A DNA stretch of 64,000 nt from Antedon mediterranea (taxonomy: Eukaryota; Animalia; Echinodermata): positions 29,546,912 through 29,610,911 of the forward strand of contig NC_092675.1 of assembly GCF_964355755.1 (NCBI RefSeq), in the 5' to 3' direction. The notes beneath the pieces were generated by a model. That model had not been told where the DNA came from. It made no database searches and was given only the letters and a program-made list of their open reading frames with translations. Positions 51,845 to 64,000 of the stretch are shown here, piece by piece (position 1 is the first letter of the stretch; each line of letters begins with the position of its first letter). The position numbers were made by a program, and so were the translations under genes.

Positions 51845-53368
51845 ATAAATTTGGGCTTATTTTGAACAAAATCCCTGTGCTATAGTACATTGGCCATCTG
51901 TTGACAAACTCCCTGTGCTATAGTACATTGGCCATCTGTTGACAAACTCCCTGTGCTATAGTACATTGGCCATCTGTTGACAAACTCCCTGTGCTATAGT
52001 ACATTGGCCATCTGTTGACAAACTCCCTGTGCTATAGTACATTGGCCATCTGTTGACAAACTCCCTGTGCTATAGTACATTGGCCATCTGTTGACAAACT
52101 CCCTGTGCTATAGTACATTGGCCATCTGTTGACAAACTCCCTGTGCTATAGTACATTGGCCATCTGTTGACAAACTCCCTGTGCTATAGTACATTGGCCA
52201 TCTGTTGACAAACTCCCTGTGCTATAGTACATTGGCCATCTGTTGACAAACTCCCTGTGCTATAGTACATTGGCCATCTGTTGACAAAATCCCTGTGCTA
52301 TTAGTAGTACAGTATATGGATTTTTGTATAAATTTGACCATATTTTGACAAAATCCCTGTGCTTTAGTACAGGGATTTTGGTATAAATTTGGCCATCTTT
52401 TGAAAAAATCCCTGTGCTATAGTACATTGGCCACATTTTGACAATCCCTGTGCTATAGTACATTGGCCATATTTTGACAAAATCCCTGTGCTATAGTACA
52501 TTGGCCACATTTTGACAATCCCTGTGCTATAGTACATTGGCCACAATTTAACAAAATCCCTGTGCTATAGTACAGGGATTTTGGTATAAATTTGGCCATC
52601 TTTTGACAAAATCCCTGTGCTTTAGTACATTGGCCACATTTTGACAGAATCCCTGTGCTATAGTACATTGGCCACATTTTGACAGAATCCCCTTGCTATA
52701 GTACATTGGCCACATTTTAACAAAATCCCTATGCTATAGTACAGGGATTTTGGTATAAATTTGGCCATCTTTTGACAAAATCCCTGTGCTTTAGTACGTT
52801 GGCCACATTTTGACAGAATCCCTGTGCTATAGTACATTTGCCAGATTTTGACAAAATCCCTGTGCTATAGTACATTGGCCAGATTTTAACAAAATCCCTG
52901 TGCTATAGTACATTGGCCACATTTTAACAAAATCCCTATGCTATAGTACATTGGCCAGATTTTAACAAAATCCCTGTGCTATAGTACATTGGCCACAGTT
53001 TGACAAAATCCTTTGGTGTTATGGTACACAGATTTCGGTATAAAATTTGCCATCTTTTGACAAAATCCCTGTGCTATAGTACAGAGATTTTGGTATAAAT
53101 TTGGCCACATTTTGACAAAATCCCTGTGCTATAGTACATTGGCCACATTTTGACAGAATCCCTGTGCTATAGTACATTGGCCACATTTTGACAAAATCCC
53201 TGTGCTATAGTACATTGGCTATCTCTTGACAAAATCCTTGTGCTATAGTACAAAGATTTTGGTATAAATTTTGCCATCTTTTGACAAAATCCCTGTGCTA
53301 TAGTACAGGGATTTTGATATAAATGTTGCCATCTTTTGAAAATCTTCCTGTGTGCTATAGTACAGGAT
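51845..53368. repeat. Composite satellite: ~11 near-identical 38-bp units, then diverged 37-39-bp and ~55-57-bp palindromic units
   Basis: CCCTGTGCTATAGTACATTGGCCATCTGTTGACAAACT at 51873-52290; the long variant contains AAAATCCCTGT-GCTATAGT-ACAGGGATTTT. Confidence 0.95.
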
Positions 53369-54283
53369 TAGAATTTGTTTAACTTCCTTAATTTGTTGAG
53401 CTCGTTATTTAGTGATATCGTTGACACATCAGTAATTTGCAACAGAATCCTGTTTAGAAACAATAACCTATATTATTTCCACTTTCATATCATCATTTTA
53501 TAACTGTCATCTTGGGGGAAATCCTTTTGATGATGACATAAAGGTTGTTAATAGGTTTCCCCTCAAAATGACACTAAATCAAACATCAGTATTCAAACAA
53601 TATTCTTTCTTATTTGTTAATATTAGTACAAATGATTAGAATATAAATATTAGTAATCCCATGTTGCTTATTATAATTTAGTTTCTGTATTGTACATGCT
53701 TTTATTTCATAGTATTAAATATTGTGTAACTTAAGCATATATGGGCAGAATAAAGTCAATTCAATTAGTATAAGTATAGCCCATAGGAGTGATTAGAAAT
53801 GTTACTGTACCTCACAATATACATGTAGGTGGTAGATCCATGGGTGGAACCACAACCGGCCTGGCCCCCTAATAGGAACATTATTAAAAGACTCATTTAA
53901 AGACTTCATTTTAGTTTGTATAGGCCCTATGTATACCCTATTTCAATATCCTACATACGCCACTGATGGTTTGAATATTAGTATGTAAAACAACATGCTG
54001 GATCACATACAAGAATGACCTAGTTAATAAGCAAGTACAGTTTCCTGTCTGAAAGTGATATTAGCATTCCAAATTTAAGCATCAAAATCAAAACAGAATG
54101 TAATTTGTCCCTTTTAACAGCTAGAATAAACTACACTACTCTTTATTAGTAATAATACAATAATAATATCAGTAGCACACACATGAAATTATAAAAAATA
54201 TTACTTAATATGACAATCATTACAAAACAGTATTTATAAAAGTTTAGGCCTATACAATGTAGATACCAGTAGATTTAATTTAA

Positions 54284-54905
54284 AGCCCCCTTCCCTACGT
54301 TTTTTAGATCTAATTTAAGATCACAAACTATATTTAATGTAAAAATAATACTATATGGTCCTATTGCGATAACTTTTTTCGTCTTTAAACGGTTAAAAAT
54401 GTGAAAAATAAGTCGATTCTAATAATTATAGCGGCCCGCTATAAATCCCAAAATGCATTGCGCGCGGATTGATATTTTTGTTTTTCACCTGTAATTCGCC
54501 CACTTTTCGATCGATCGTGAGGCCAAAACAAATAGAAGACTCCTAACTTTTCAGCGAAAATACGGGGTTTTCCCCAATTTGTATCAATGGAGTCTGGCAA
54601 AAATAGAAAGACAATTAATGCAGCAACTATACAACGTCAGGCTAGGTATATAGCTAGCGTACGATGTACGTTACCGATGTTTACCAGCTAGGCCTACAAA
54701 ACTAAGGCTAGCTAGGCTAGGCCTAAGACCGTCCACGAGAGGTCGATCGCCGCGAGCTACTTAGGTAGTGCATTGTTTCTCACTTTTTATCATAATTTAC
54801 CATAAAACGTACATTTAAGACAAGGAATGACATGGTTTAATGTTTTTAAAGTGATATATATGTATTATTTTCCAAAAAACGTCCAAAATTGCAGGGAAGG
54901 GGTCT
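54284..54905. mobile_element. Non-autonomous TTAA-targeting DNA transposon (Kolobok-like)
   Basis: TTAA on both sides; TIRs AGCCCCCTTCCCT / AGGGAAGGGGTCT; CpG-rich interior. Confidence 0.8.
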
Positions 54906-57900
54906 TTAAATTTTATTTTTGGAAAATCATTATAAAAAATAGATACAAAGTGATAACATTACCTAACTGACATAACAACTAAATACATTTATAAAAATAT
55001 TTTGCAGGATATCCTAATAAGCTTATTAACTTATTTCCGTTTGGGATCCTTTTATAATCTAAATTAAATTAATGGTAATCTAAAATTAAAAGTATTGCAT
55101 CAACACATAAATATAAAAAATATAAAGATAGATACAAAACAATTTAATTAAAAATAACTATAATATGATGACTAGTTAATTAACCTTTTTCTTACTATAA
55201 AATTATAATTGTTCTCAATTTTATGAATGGATTGTAGGTTATTCCATGCCTTTATGCCTGTATAATAGAAAGTTTTAGATATTTGACTATCAGATTTAAG
55301 AACTGAAAAACCATTTACACTACTTCTAGTCATATATTGGTGGTTAGATGAACCTTTTCAGTCAAATAAGGTACTGATTTTAGTTGTGAAATTTTGCTTA
55401 GAGTGCAGATAGTGTAAATTTAGCCCATTCATATGGATCCACAGCCTACGTCAATGCAAACTTAAATCTAAATTTAATCATTGTTAAAGTATATAATAAA
55501 TAAATCTGATTGTTTACTTAACATCAACAAAAAGACAATTTGACAGTTTCTCACGCTTTAACAAGTGAAAGAATGTTTCATATCTTTTTGTAAGTTTTTA
55601 AAATTAAATGAAACAAAAATTTCCCTGAAAATATAGTTTAAATGATGAAGGACATATATTTTGCTGGTAGCAATCTTCATTGACATCTTTCAAATTCTAT
55701 TTTATTGCCATCGGCATATTATATTCTAGTACCGTAGTAAAAGACAGTGAAAACATGACGGTATGCTATGAACCTCTTAAAGGGTTGTAGTGAAAGTGTT
55801 TAGCCTGTCTACAGCATTATGAGCTCTCACTTGTTAAATACAGGGGCCCAGAGCAGGGGCGCAGAGCATGAGCAGTCCAATGCAACTACCCAATGTTGGA
55901 GAGCCACTTATTAGTGCTAAACCAGGGGCCTTTGTCTCCTGAGTTACGCCACTGCCTGTATAAGATTAATCACGTTATTTTTACACATGTTGAATGTCTT
56001 TAAATGCAGCATACATCTCTTATAATTGTCATCTTTTGAATTATTTATAAGTCTACTTTGAATGATCGTGCCTGAATGTCAGTAAAAAAAAATCCTTGGT
56101 GTGATTGTGTGCCAGCAACAGAAGCTTCACTAGAATAGCTCTTGAAGATTTCTTCCCTTTTCGTGGAAAAAATAACCCTCTTTAAAAATCTTGGCTAAAT
56201 GGCTTGGGTACCGGTTATTAACTGTGTGAATAAATTAACCTCAATCAATTTTTATACAGTAAAAAAAAATTTTTTATTGGTTCAATAAAAATATGCTTTT
56301 GTTATAAATATTGACTTTATTTAAATGCATATGATTAACATAAACATAGGTCATTTGTAGATTGTTGAGTGCTCACTTAATTAGCGATTGTGTATATTAA
56401 AAAAAAAGGTTGTCTACACTTTCAAATATGATCATTAGAAAAAACCTAAATATTGTACGAGGCGTTATATAACTCAACAAGAATGAGTTACGGTTGATGT
56501 ATTTTAATCAAGCAATAACCGTTTACGTTTCTGAATTTTAAATGAAACCGTCACTGTCCCGGTATTATAGCGGCTGGTAATCAAAATAAATTAAAGTGCA
56601 TACATAGATATAAACGTTAATGTAGGTGAAGAAACCTTGAATCAATGAGACAGGCTTCCTAATCATGCATATCCCTCAATTATAATATTTGTTGGTTATT
56701 TGATATAAATATTTTGAATACAAAATTGATCCAGTTAAGCCTGGAAATTGAATGACAATAAAGGTATCTTCTTTAGCAATTGGTTTGTTGGTTTCTTTGG
56801 TTTGGAAAACAAAAACTATTTTCCATATGATAAAAGCATGCATATTAAATGAGGCAGATGGCAAAGTAATCATATTTTCACAATAGTTTGCAAAAATAGG
56901 GATGGACACAATATTATCATTTTGGCGCAGGAAATTGTAGTACTATAGTATGAAAGTTTTTTTTTGTTTTTTTTCTGTTGTTTATAGACATCGCCACACT
57001 AAGACAGAAATCTTAGTAACAAAACCTTATTTTATATTTTTAATAAAAGAAAAACAAATTTGTGAATATCAGAGTGAAATGTTTTTATTAACAAATTGCA
57101 AAGATTTGAGAATGTTATTTATAATTCTCGAGCTTTACATTGCTCCTTTTTTTCTTTTTTTTTTCTCTCTTTAAATATTGTTTGATAGTTGATCCATTTT
57201 GAGGTTAGCGGTCCCTACCAAATATGGTCAGTTGTATAATAGATACTATGAATAAACATAATAACGCTGAAGAAGAACCTGATGCAGATGGATTGATTAA
57301 ATCCTATATCTTAAGTTGATTTTACAGACTTTATAATTTTTTGTTTTCTTTTATCCTATAAATGTAATCATATTTCGATAAACTTCAATTCTGAATGTTA
57401 GATGTACGTAATTATAATATTGTTGTTAGTATAATGTTGTTCTTTTATCATAGTACATAATTCCGTTATAAACCTACGCCTCCCTTATTGAAGTGAAAGG
57501 GATCTGCCCTGTACAGTAAACACAGTACAAAATACAAAGTAGTAGTAACAACATTCTCACTGTGTAATAATACTAATTGAGATATTCTCACTGTTCTTCT
57601 ATGACAGCATGCAAGGAATTAAGCAGCTTTCAAAGAAAACTTTATACTTTTAAAAGTGAAATTAAGACATTTATGCAACCTTGTATTTCCTTTTAAAAAT
57701 TCCAAAACATAATTCACAGCGACTCAAGAATGAGGATGCCTTGGAGCTCTGTTTTTAAGATATTAGATTTTCATTGTTTGTAGTTTAGTGGCGACATATC
57801 ACGGCTTGACTCACCTGGGAAATGTACACCTTTGATTATGAAATAGTGAGTCCAAGACGAGATGATGATAGCTCGTTCCTGGTAGATCACTACGTGACAT

Positions 57901-60399
57901 TGCTTTATTATGAAAATGATATTTAAATAGAATTCCATGCACATGTTGTTGACATGAATGATATGAAGCCTTCTAGGTAGATTTCTTTATCCAATAAAAG
58001 CCTTACTTAGTTAGTTATTCATCGTTTTGAAAATCTCTCTCCTTCTTTAATTCTACATGAATCAGAGCAACATTATTTGTTAAAAATAAACAAAAAAAGT
58101 TCTCTCAAATGAGGTGAGTGCACTCCCCCTAGGGTTCCGTGGATTCGCCCATGATAAATCTACATTCTAAATATTAATTAAGTCATCATCAAGAGGAATT
58201 GCTAATTCTTTGTTTCTTTAGTGACACTTAAATAATAATAATAATAATAAGATTTTTATAGCGCACATACCACTCCAGAGTGCTCAAGGCACTAGTTGAT
58301 ATAATAATAATAATTGTCTAATTAATTTCTATATTGTTAAAAGCAATCAGATTAAAAAAATTCATCTGTGTGGTTAAACCAGAGTCAGCCTACATAATGA
58401 AAATCGACATGATCTAATAAACACTGCACTGTACACAAGTTTAATCACATTTATTTTCATTAGTCTGTACTCAAAGCAGGTCATTTGCAGTAGATAACAA
58501 GGTCAAGTTCTTGACCGGCGGTTAAATTTTACAAGTCGCGCTCAATAATAGCATCGTAACGACAATATGCGGAACATTAATCCAGTCTTGAATTAATTAC
58601 GCAACATTAAAGTCAAAGGTAATTACTGTCTTACATTTGTAAATTTAGATGCACGAAACCTCTAGATACTCGGCTATGTTGACAAACTATGTTTCATAAA
58701 TGTCGTTAATGCATAACATATATATTGAATTATAAATGTGTACATGTATCAATGTTTAATCTTTTTCTCTTTTGTTTGTCACGAATTGTTAAAGTAGAAC
58801 GATGACATAGGTAACGGTAAATGCTGAAAAGAATGGAGAGTCAGAAAAGTGTACTGTAAATGGCTGAGTATAGTTCCAGAAAGGTATACAATTTGGGGGA
58901 AATCCCGGGGGTAATCTAAGGGGTAATCTAGGGGGGTAATCTAGGGTGGAAATTACGGGGTGGGATGTACTAGGATTGCATTTATAAACAAACAATTTCA
59001 AAATTTAGCATTCAACTCTGTAGTGGGATTATACTCAAACATGTGAATTATGCTTATAGTATCAAACTTTATGATGTTAAAAGAAAAAAATATGATGAAA
59101 TGAAGAAATACAAATTATAACCACCATAAGCAAAGTTGCTATATAAAATCCTCATCAGCTTTTGCTTTTATCACAACACATTAAATATCTTTTATTCCTT
59201 CAGGGAATTCAAATATCTGTAAAAAGATTCCACAAGGAATAAACCGGTATTTGGTGAAAGAACCAGTAAAAATGACTAACAAGATTTTAGTAGCATTAGT
59301 TACGAGAACAACTGTTGTTTGTGACGTTTCAATAGATGGAAATTGTTTTTCACTTGCTTGTTAAGAACGGCAAGAGAATTGCGTTTATTTACCAATGGAT
59401 ATTATATGCCTCAAAGCTAGAATGTATCAATCTCTTGCTAGAATTTGTTCAAACAATTATTTATACTTTTTCTCAACACGAATTAACTTGCTGTTGATAG
59501 TTAAATATTAATTAATTAAGCATACACTAACATTGTCACGATCTCCATGCATGCATTGCTTAATAATTTGTTACAAATTATCGATCTTTATCATGGTTTT
59601 ATTGTTACCTAACAAGTAAAACTGATTGACACATAAATGATGATGTTTGGTTTACTTGAGTAGATGCTCAACAAATATTGTATGGCTGAAATTAATAAAA
59701 TGTCATCATCTTCAATTTGACAGCAAATATGGTTAAACTACAGCCAGTAACTAACAAAAACTGACATAAAAATTTGAATATACTAAAGAATAATTACTAT
59801 ATGTCTATTTCCATTTTTTGACTAAAAATTAATTTACTATAGCAGTGAGACTAAAATCAATGAATATGGTGGTATTAACTTAAATAGGAAAGTTTTTTTA
59901 ATTTAAAAATGTGTTCTTTGTGAATAGCTTGTGTAAACTAAATGTAGGATAAAATGGCTACAAATATGTTGCAAAACAGGTCTTACAATAATGTGACCTT
60001 AATAGCAAGATATTAAAAGTAAATAAAGTAAGTAAATTAATAGCTTTTCTCTGCACCCTAGGCTAACCTAACGCCCCCCCCCCCCCCCAAATATAAGAAC
60101 ATTGAGTCAAATCCTATTCTCAGTTTCTTGCCAGTAGAAAGGTCCAATAATAAAGTACTCCCTACAATATGAAAATTAGCTTGAATATCATAACAATGAT
60201 TGGCAGATACAACATTTATGATTTATTAGACAAACTATAATTTTCTTCTGAATGCTAAAAATAGTAAAGGTGGATATTCTATACAATGTAAATTGGCTTA
60301 CAATTGCATATCAAACCAGTAATTTATGTTGACACTTAACTAACTTTGGTTACCAATTTTATTTCAGCCATCAATCTGCCATCCTATTTCCTCTTTTCC

Positions 60400-60803
60400 G
60401 ACAGCAAAAATATACCATATAGGAGTATATGCTTACATACAGTATGGTATACTTTTGGCAGCAGAAATGTCGCTCATAAAATATTACAGTAGGCCTAGTG
60501 TATTCAATATAAAGTACTTATATATATTTATCTGTGAATTGATTGTGGATTTATTAAGGTTTTGGCAATATGAAAGATGTGTCGACCAGGCAGAAAATTA
60601 TACCATACAGTATACCCTCTTTTCAATACTTTATTTTGAATGTTCGAAAATAGATTAAAAAATGAGCATATGCACCAAACCACATTTCAATTCATTCGTT
60701 TCACAGCAATAACCCAGTAAATGCCATTCCAATCCACAAATAAAGTGGGTGTTTTAAAAGAATTTTGAGAATGTATTTGAAATTTGTCCCATTTCTGCTG
60801 CCA
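60400..60803. mobile_element. Diverged relic related to the 30845 element
   Basis: TTGGCAGCAGAAATGTCGCTCATAAAA (60455) matches 30921; CCATTTCTGCTGCC at ~60790. Confidence 0.45.
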
Positions 60804-60904
60804 GAGAAATTGGGGTAAAGAGATATTGTAATGTTCATTATATTATAATATCTCTATGCTTTGCCTAAAAAACAGGCTTAAGCTCTCAGTGTCTACACTA
60901 TTGA

Positions 60905-61671
60905 GTGGAGCTGTGGCTTGGTGGTTATGATGCTTGGCTACCAATCTAAGGGTCCTGGGTTCAAATCCTAATAATACTTTTTTGTAATGTTTGTTTTTAT
61001 GGTAATACAATGCAAAAAGATAAAATTAAACTTAATCGAATAGGAAATAGAGCAATTAGACTAGTAGGAGAGCACTTACCTGATGTTGAATCCTTGTATA
61101 AAGAAAATGTGTTAAAAAAAGTAAAAAGTATCATTGATGATGAAACACATCCTCTTCACAAACAATTTGCTCTCATGAATTCTGGCATAAGACTACGTGC
61201 ACTTAATACCAAAACAAAACGGTTTAGGTGCTCGTTTGTACCTAATGCTATACACTTATATAACTCCAGAGTACAAAGGTAAAATGTAACCGATAATTTT
61301 TATCTAATTTTAACAATTTTTAGCATCTTAACTTTTTGTGTGTGTTTTTGTAAATTGTATTTTATATTTTTGTATTTTGCCAGTTTTCAAATCACATTTC
61401 TGTTTTTTAAATGGACAATAAAGTATATATGACTATGACTATGACTATGACTATGTCACATGTCAGGGTTTTTTTCTCATGACAATTTACAACTCCACTC
61501 CCAAAGACTTAATAATAAGTCTTTGTTTATGTAGAGCATCTTGTGTATATGTTTGTCTTATATGTTCTAGTGCAGTATATGGAGAGCCATCTCGATAGTG
61601 CTTTGCACTCATGGCAATCCTCAGGGTGCTGCACCGCTGTATTGTCATGTATTGTTGTACCTGAAAATTGA

Positions 61672-61705
<34 letters not shown>
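60905..61705 (+). mobile_element. tRNA-derived poly(A) SINE, interrupted by a LINE fragment
   Basis: A box TGGCTTGGTGG (60914) and B box GGTTCAAATCC (60958). Presumed body resumes at ~61456 and ends in AATAAA plus ~30 A (61671-61705). Confidence 0.65.
60970..61455 (+). mobile_element. 3' fragment of a Rex1/Babar-type LINE
   Basis: ORF 61010-61282 with IIDDETHPLH..SGIRLR..RFRCSFVPNAIHLYN, homologous to 4390-4660; GGACAATAAA then (TGACTA)n tail. Confidence 0.85.
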
Positions 61706-61707
<2 letters not shown>

Positions 61708-62991
61708 ATTTGACAAAAAAAAGTGATGTGCCCATGCCCATGGACATGATGATGTCATATCACTACCATATTTAAGCAAATCACTACCATATTTGGGTAC
61801 ATCACACTTTTTTGTCAAACTAGTTTGATAGTGTAGACAGAGCGTAAGCCCTAGATTAGGTGCTATTTTGAACTGTAATAACATTACAGTACTTTCAAAG
61901 TCATTACATTTGATTTAGGAGGGGTGGTATAGGTCCTGACAGGTGATGAAAGTGGTAGAAGGATGAATGGATACCTAACCACCCACTGGAAACATTCCAA
62001 TCCCAGATGGTACTCATATCCTAGGAAAGAACAAGCAACCACCAGTTGGAATGCCATGGGAAAGGCATGCACATTGCTGCTTATTGCTGGTGATAAAATA
62101 AAAGTCTGGGTATTGGTACACTTGAAAAGCAACAGCTGTGGGTATCATTTCATTCAAAACATGTTATTCACATTCAAATTAAAGCAGTTAATTCAAAACA
62201 TTTCATTCAAAATATTTCATTCACATCGCGTCATACACTGTAATACTGAAATGTTATGGTATTTTCTGAACTTGTACTTAACAAAGTTTTCTTCCCTGGT
62301 TTATATTCATATAAAAATTATTACCGGTAAATACTTTTTTTTAAAATAAGGCATAAATAAAACATTCAAAATACTTTTTATAGTAAAATAATAATACCAG
62401 CAAAATCTGAAGTTAAATAGAAGAAAAGAAATCATTCCTATTTTCATAAATTGTTTTTTAAAGTGCATTTCTGAAATGAATGATATTTCCGAGTCTATAA
62501 GCAATCATTCAAAGTGGTCCCTAGGCTGCCAAAAATTGATTAGATCTTGGACCCAAAGAGGAATAGCCGAGTAAATTATTACTGTAGAGTATTTTTTTGC
62601 AAGCTAATCAATGTGCACCTAGGGGGCTTTCTGAACCCAACACCTATATTGTAGATCAATTAAAAGACATTAGAAGAAGATTGACTTTAAATGAGGTTGA
62701 TGGTGAAGTAGGTCTCAAGTTCAAATCCATAATGATAAAAGTACAACAATCTATAATAGCAACAATCAGTAGGCAAAGCAAACAGAAACAAATCGCTATA
62801 TAGCTAATTGAAAATACTCTACCACATTGCTGTTTTTGTAGTTGAAGTAAAAATGTATTTCGGTTATGGCTCTCTATTCAGCTGGTATTCAATAGATTAG
62901 AGATACAAAAAACTAAATGTCCCGCTTCCCACATAATTCTAAATGGCCACAGCGGGCATGTACGTTGGGTTGTAAATTGGGATGTCTTTTT

Positions 62992-63057
62992 GGGTGTCTA
63001 AAAAACTCAGATAGATCTGAAATCTGAGTTTTCTAGATCTGAGTTTTCTAGACACCC
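62992..63057. mobile_element. Tiny (66-bp) palindromic MITE
   Basis: GGGTGTCTAAAAAACTCAGAT / ATCTGAGTTTTCTAGACACCC; near-perfect 9-bp TSD TGTCTTTTT / TGTCCTTTT. Confidence 0.75.
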
Positions 63058-64000
63058 TGTCCTTTTTTCTGAAAATAGGACATCAACTGTGGCACGATTA
63101 TGTACAGGGTGGTATCTCTATGAACAAATAGAACCCTCAGCATAGTGCCTTCACACTGACTTTCTTTCATGATTTTCTCTTGCCATAATCCAGGATCAAG
63201 TACTGGCCATAACTTGAGGTGTTACTTTTGATTTTCATGTAGTGTTATGAAATACAAATTATGTCTACCTGCCAGCATTCAAGGAATGTCAAATAGTGAA
63301 CAGGAGCCAACAAAACCACAGGAATTTTAGAAATTTTAAGGAATTCCATCAAAAGTTTACTTTCAACTTTAAAAAGTTTTGTTAACTTTTCCTAATCCCA
63401 CTATACTTTTAGCTGAAGGTTATGTTCACACCAGATGACAGAGTTTATTTATTTATTTATTTATTTATTTCAACAATATTTTATGAGGGTGGTCCATCCA
63501 GCATCAGCTGATCATTAGGGACCCTCAAACAAACAGTAAATACAAAATAAACTATAAAAACACAAAAGATATAAAAAATAAATATATACTTATAGTTTTA
63601 CTGAACGTTATTGATATTGAGGTCAAAATGGTAAAAAATAATTAAGACAGGGCAACACTTATTGTTGCAATAGAAGTTGTATTTTGTTATCATAAGAAAC
63701 ATTGGATACAATACATTGGATACAGTACAATGGTGAACGCTAAAAGTAGATTTTACAGTTTTCTGCTAAACTACGGTTCAGACACATCATATTAGCTAAA
63801 TCTTTCGTCATGTGAACATGATGACCTCTCTAATCACATTCATATGTTATAGTTTATACTAAAAAAAAATATAATATAAATTAAATACCCACTTTAATAA
63901 TTTTTTAATATAAATACCATGGAGTAATGATAACTACTGTAGTCCTAGTAACTTTCATTAACTTTTTAAAATTAATTTATAGATTTTTTTTACACAATCT

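Larger units (their letters stand above)
60881..61844. mobile_element. Harbinger-like MITE family A split by a SINE
   Basis: Left TIR piece AGCTCT(CAG)TGTCTACACTAT at 60881-60901; remainder TTATTTGACAAAAAA...GATAGTGTAGACAGAGC at 61706-61843. Confidence 0.75.

Noticed and set aside
51873-53368. CRISPR-like array with palindromic repeats
   Set aside because: Units are head-to-tail with no unique spacers; this is a satellite.
60905-60970. Functional tRNA gene
   Set aside because: No 3' acceptor stem and an irregular anticodon loop; embedded in nested repeats.
61884-62803. Short ORFs near 62 kb as host exons
   Set aside because: No recognisable domain and no convincing paired splice sites.

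Overview
AT-rich animal (invertebrate-type) genomic DNA, mostly intronic or intergenic and dense in mobile elements; nothing prokaryotic is recognisable. TTAGGG repeats and a Deu/Nin-domain SINE fit a marine invertebrate, possibly an echinoderm (inference only). The first ~12.6 kb is a nested transposon pile: a Helitron/Helentron-like end, a CR1/L2-type LINE inside a Harbinger MITE, and a dead Academ-like DNA transposon with ~570-bp TIRs that holds a Rex1-type LINE, a tRNA/Deu SINE, an RTE-X-like LINE and Harbinger derivatives. The rest carries MITEs (Harbinger-, Kolobok- and Merlin/MULE-like), several young minisatellites and one credible host ORF, an intronless PH-domain protein at ~45.4-46.2 kb. 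The most unusual signal is a very high density of TA-CAG-TA/TA-CTG-TA (and TA-CCG/CGG-TA) heptamers. Paralogous repeat copies show these arising as 5-bp insertions after a TA, the shape of Tc1/mariner excision footprints. A second class, TA-GCC/GGC/GGCC-TA, clusters in CpG-rich islands. All family assignments are from motif recognition by eye, not database searches.
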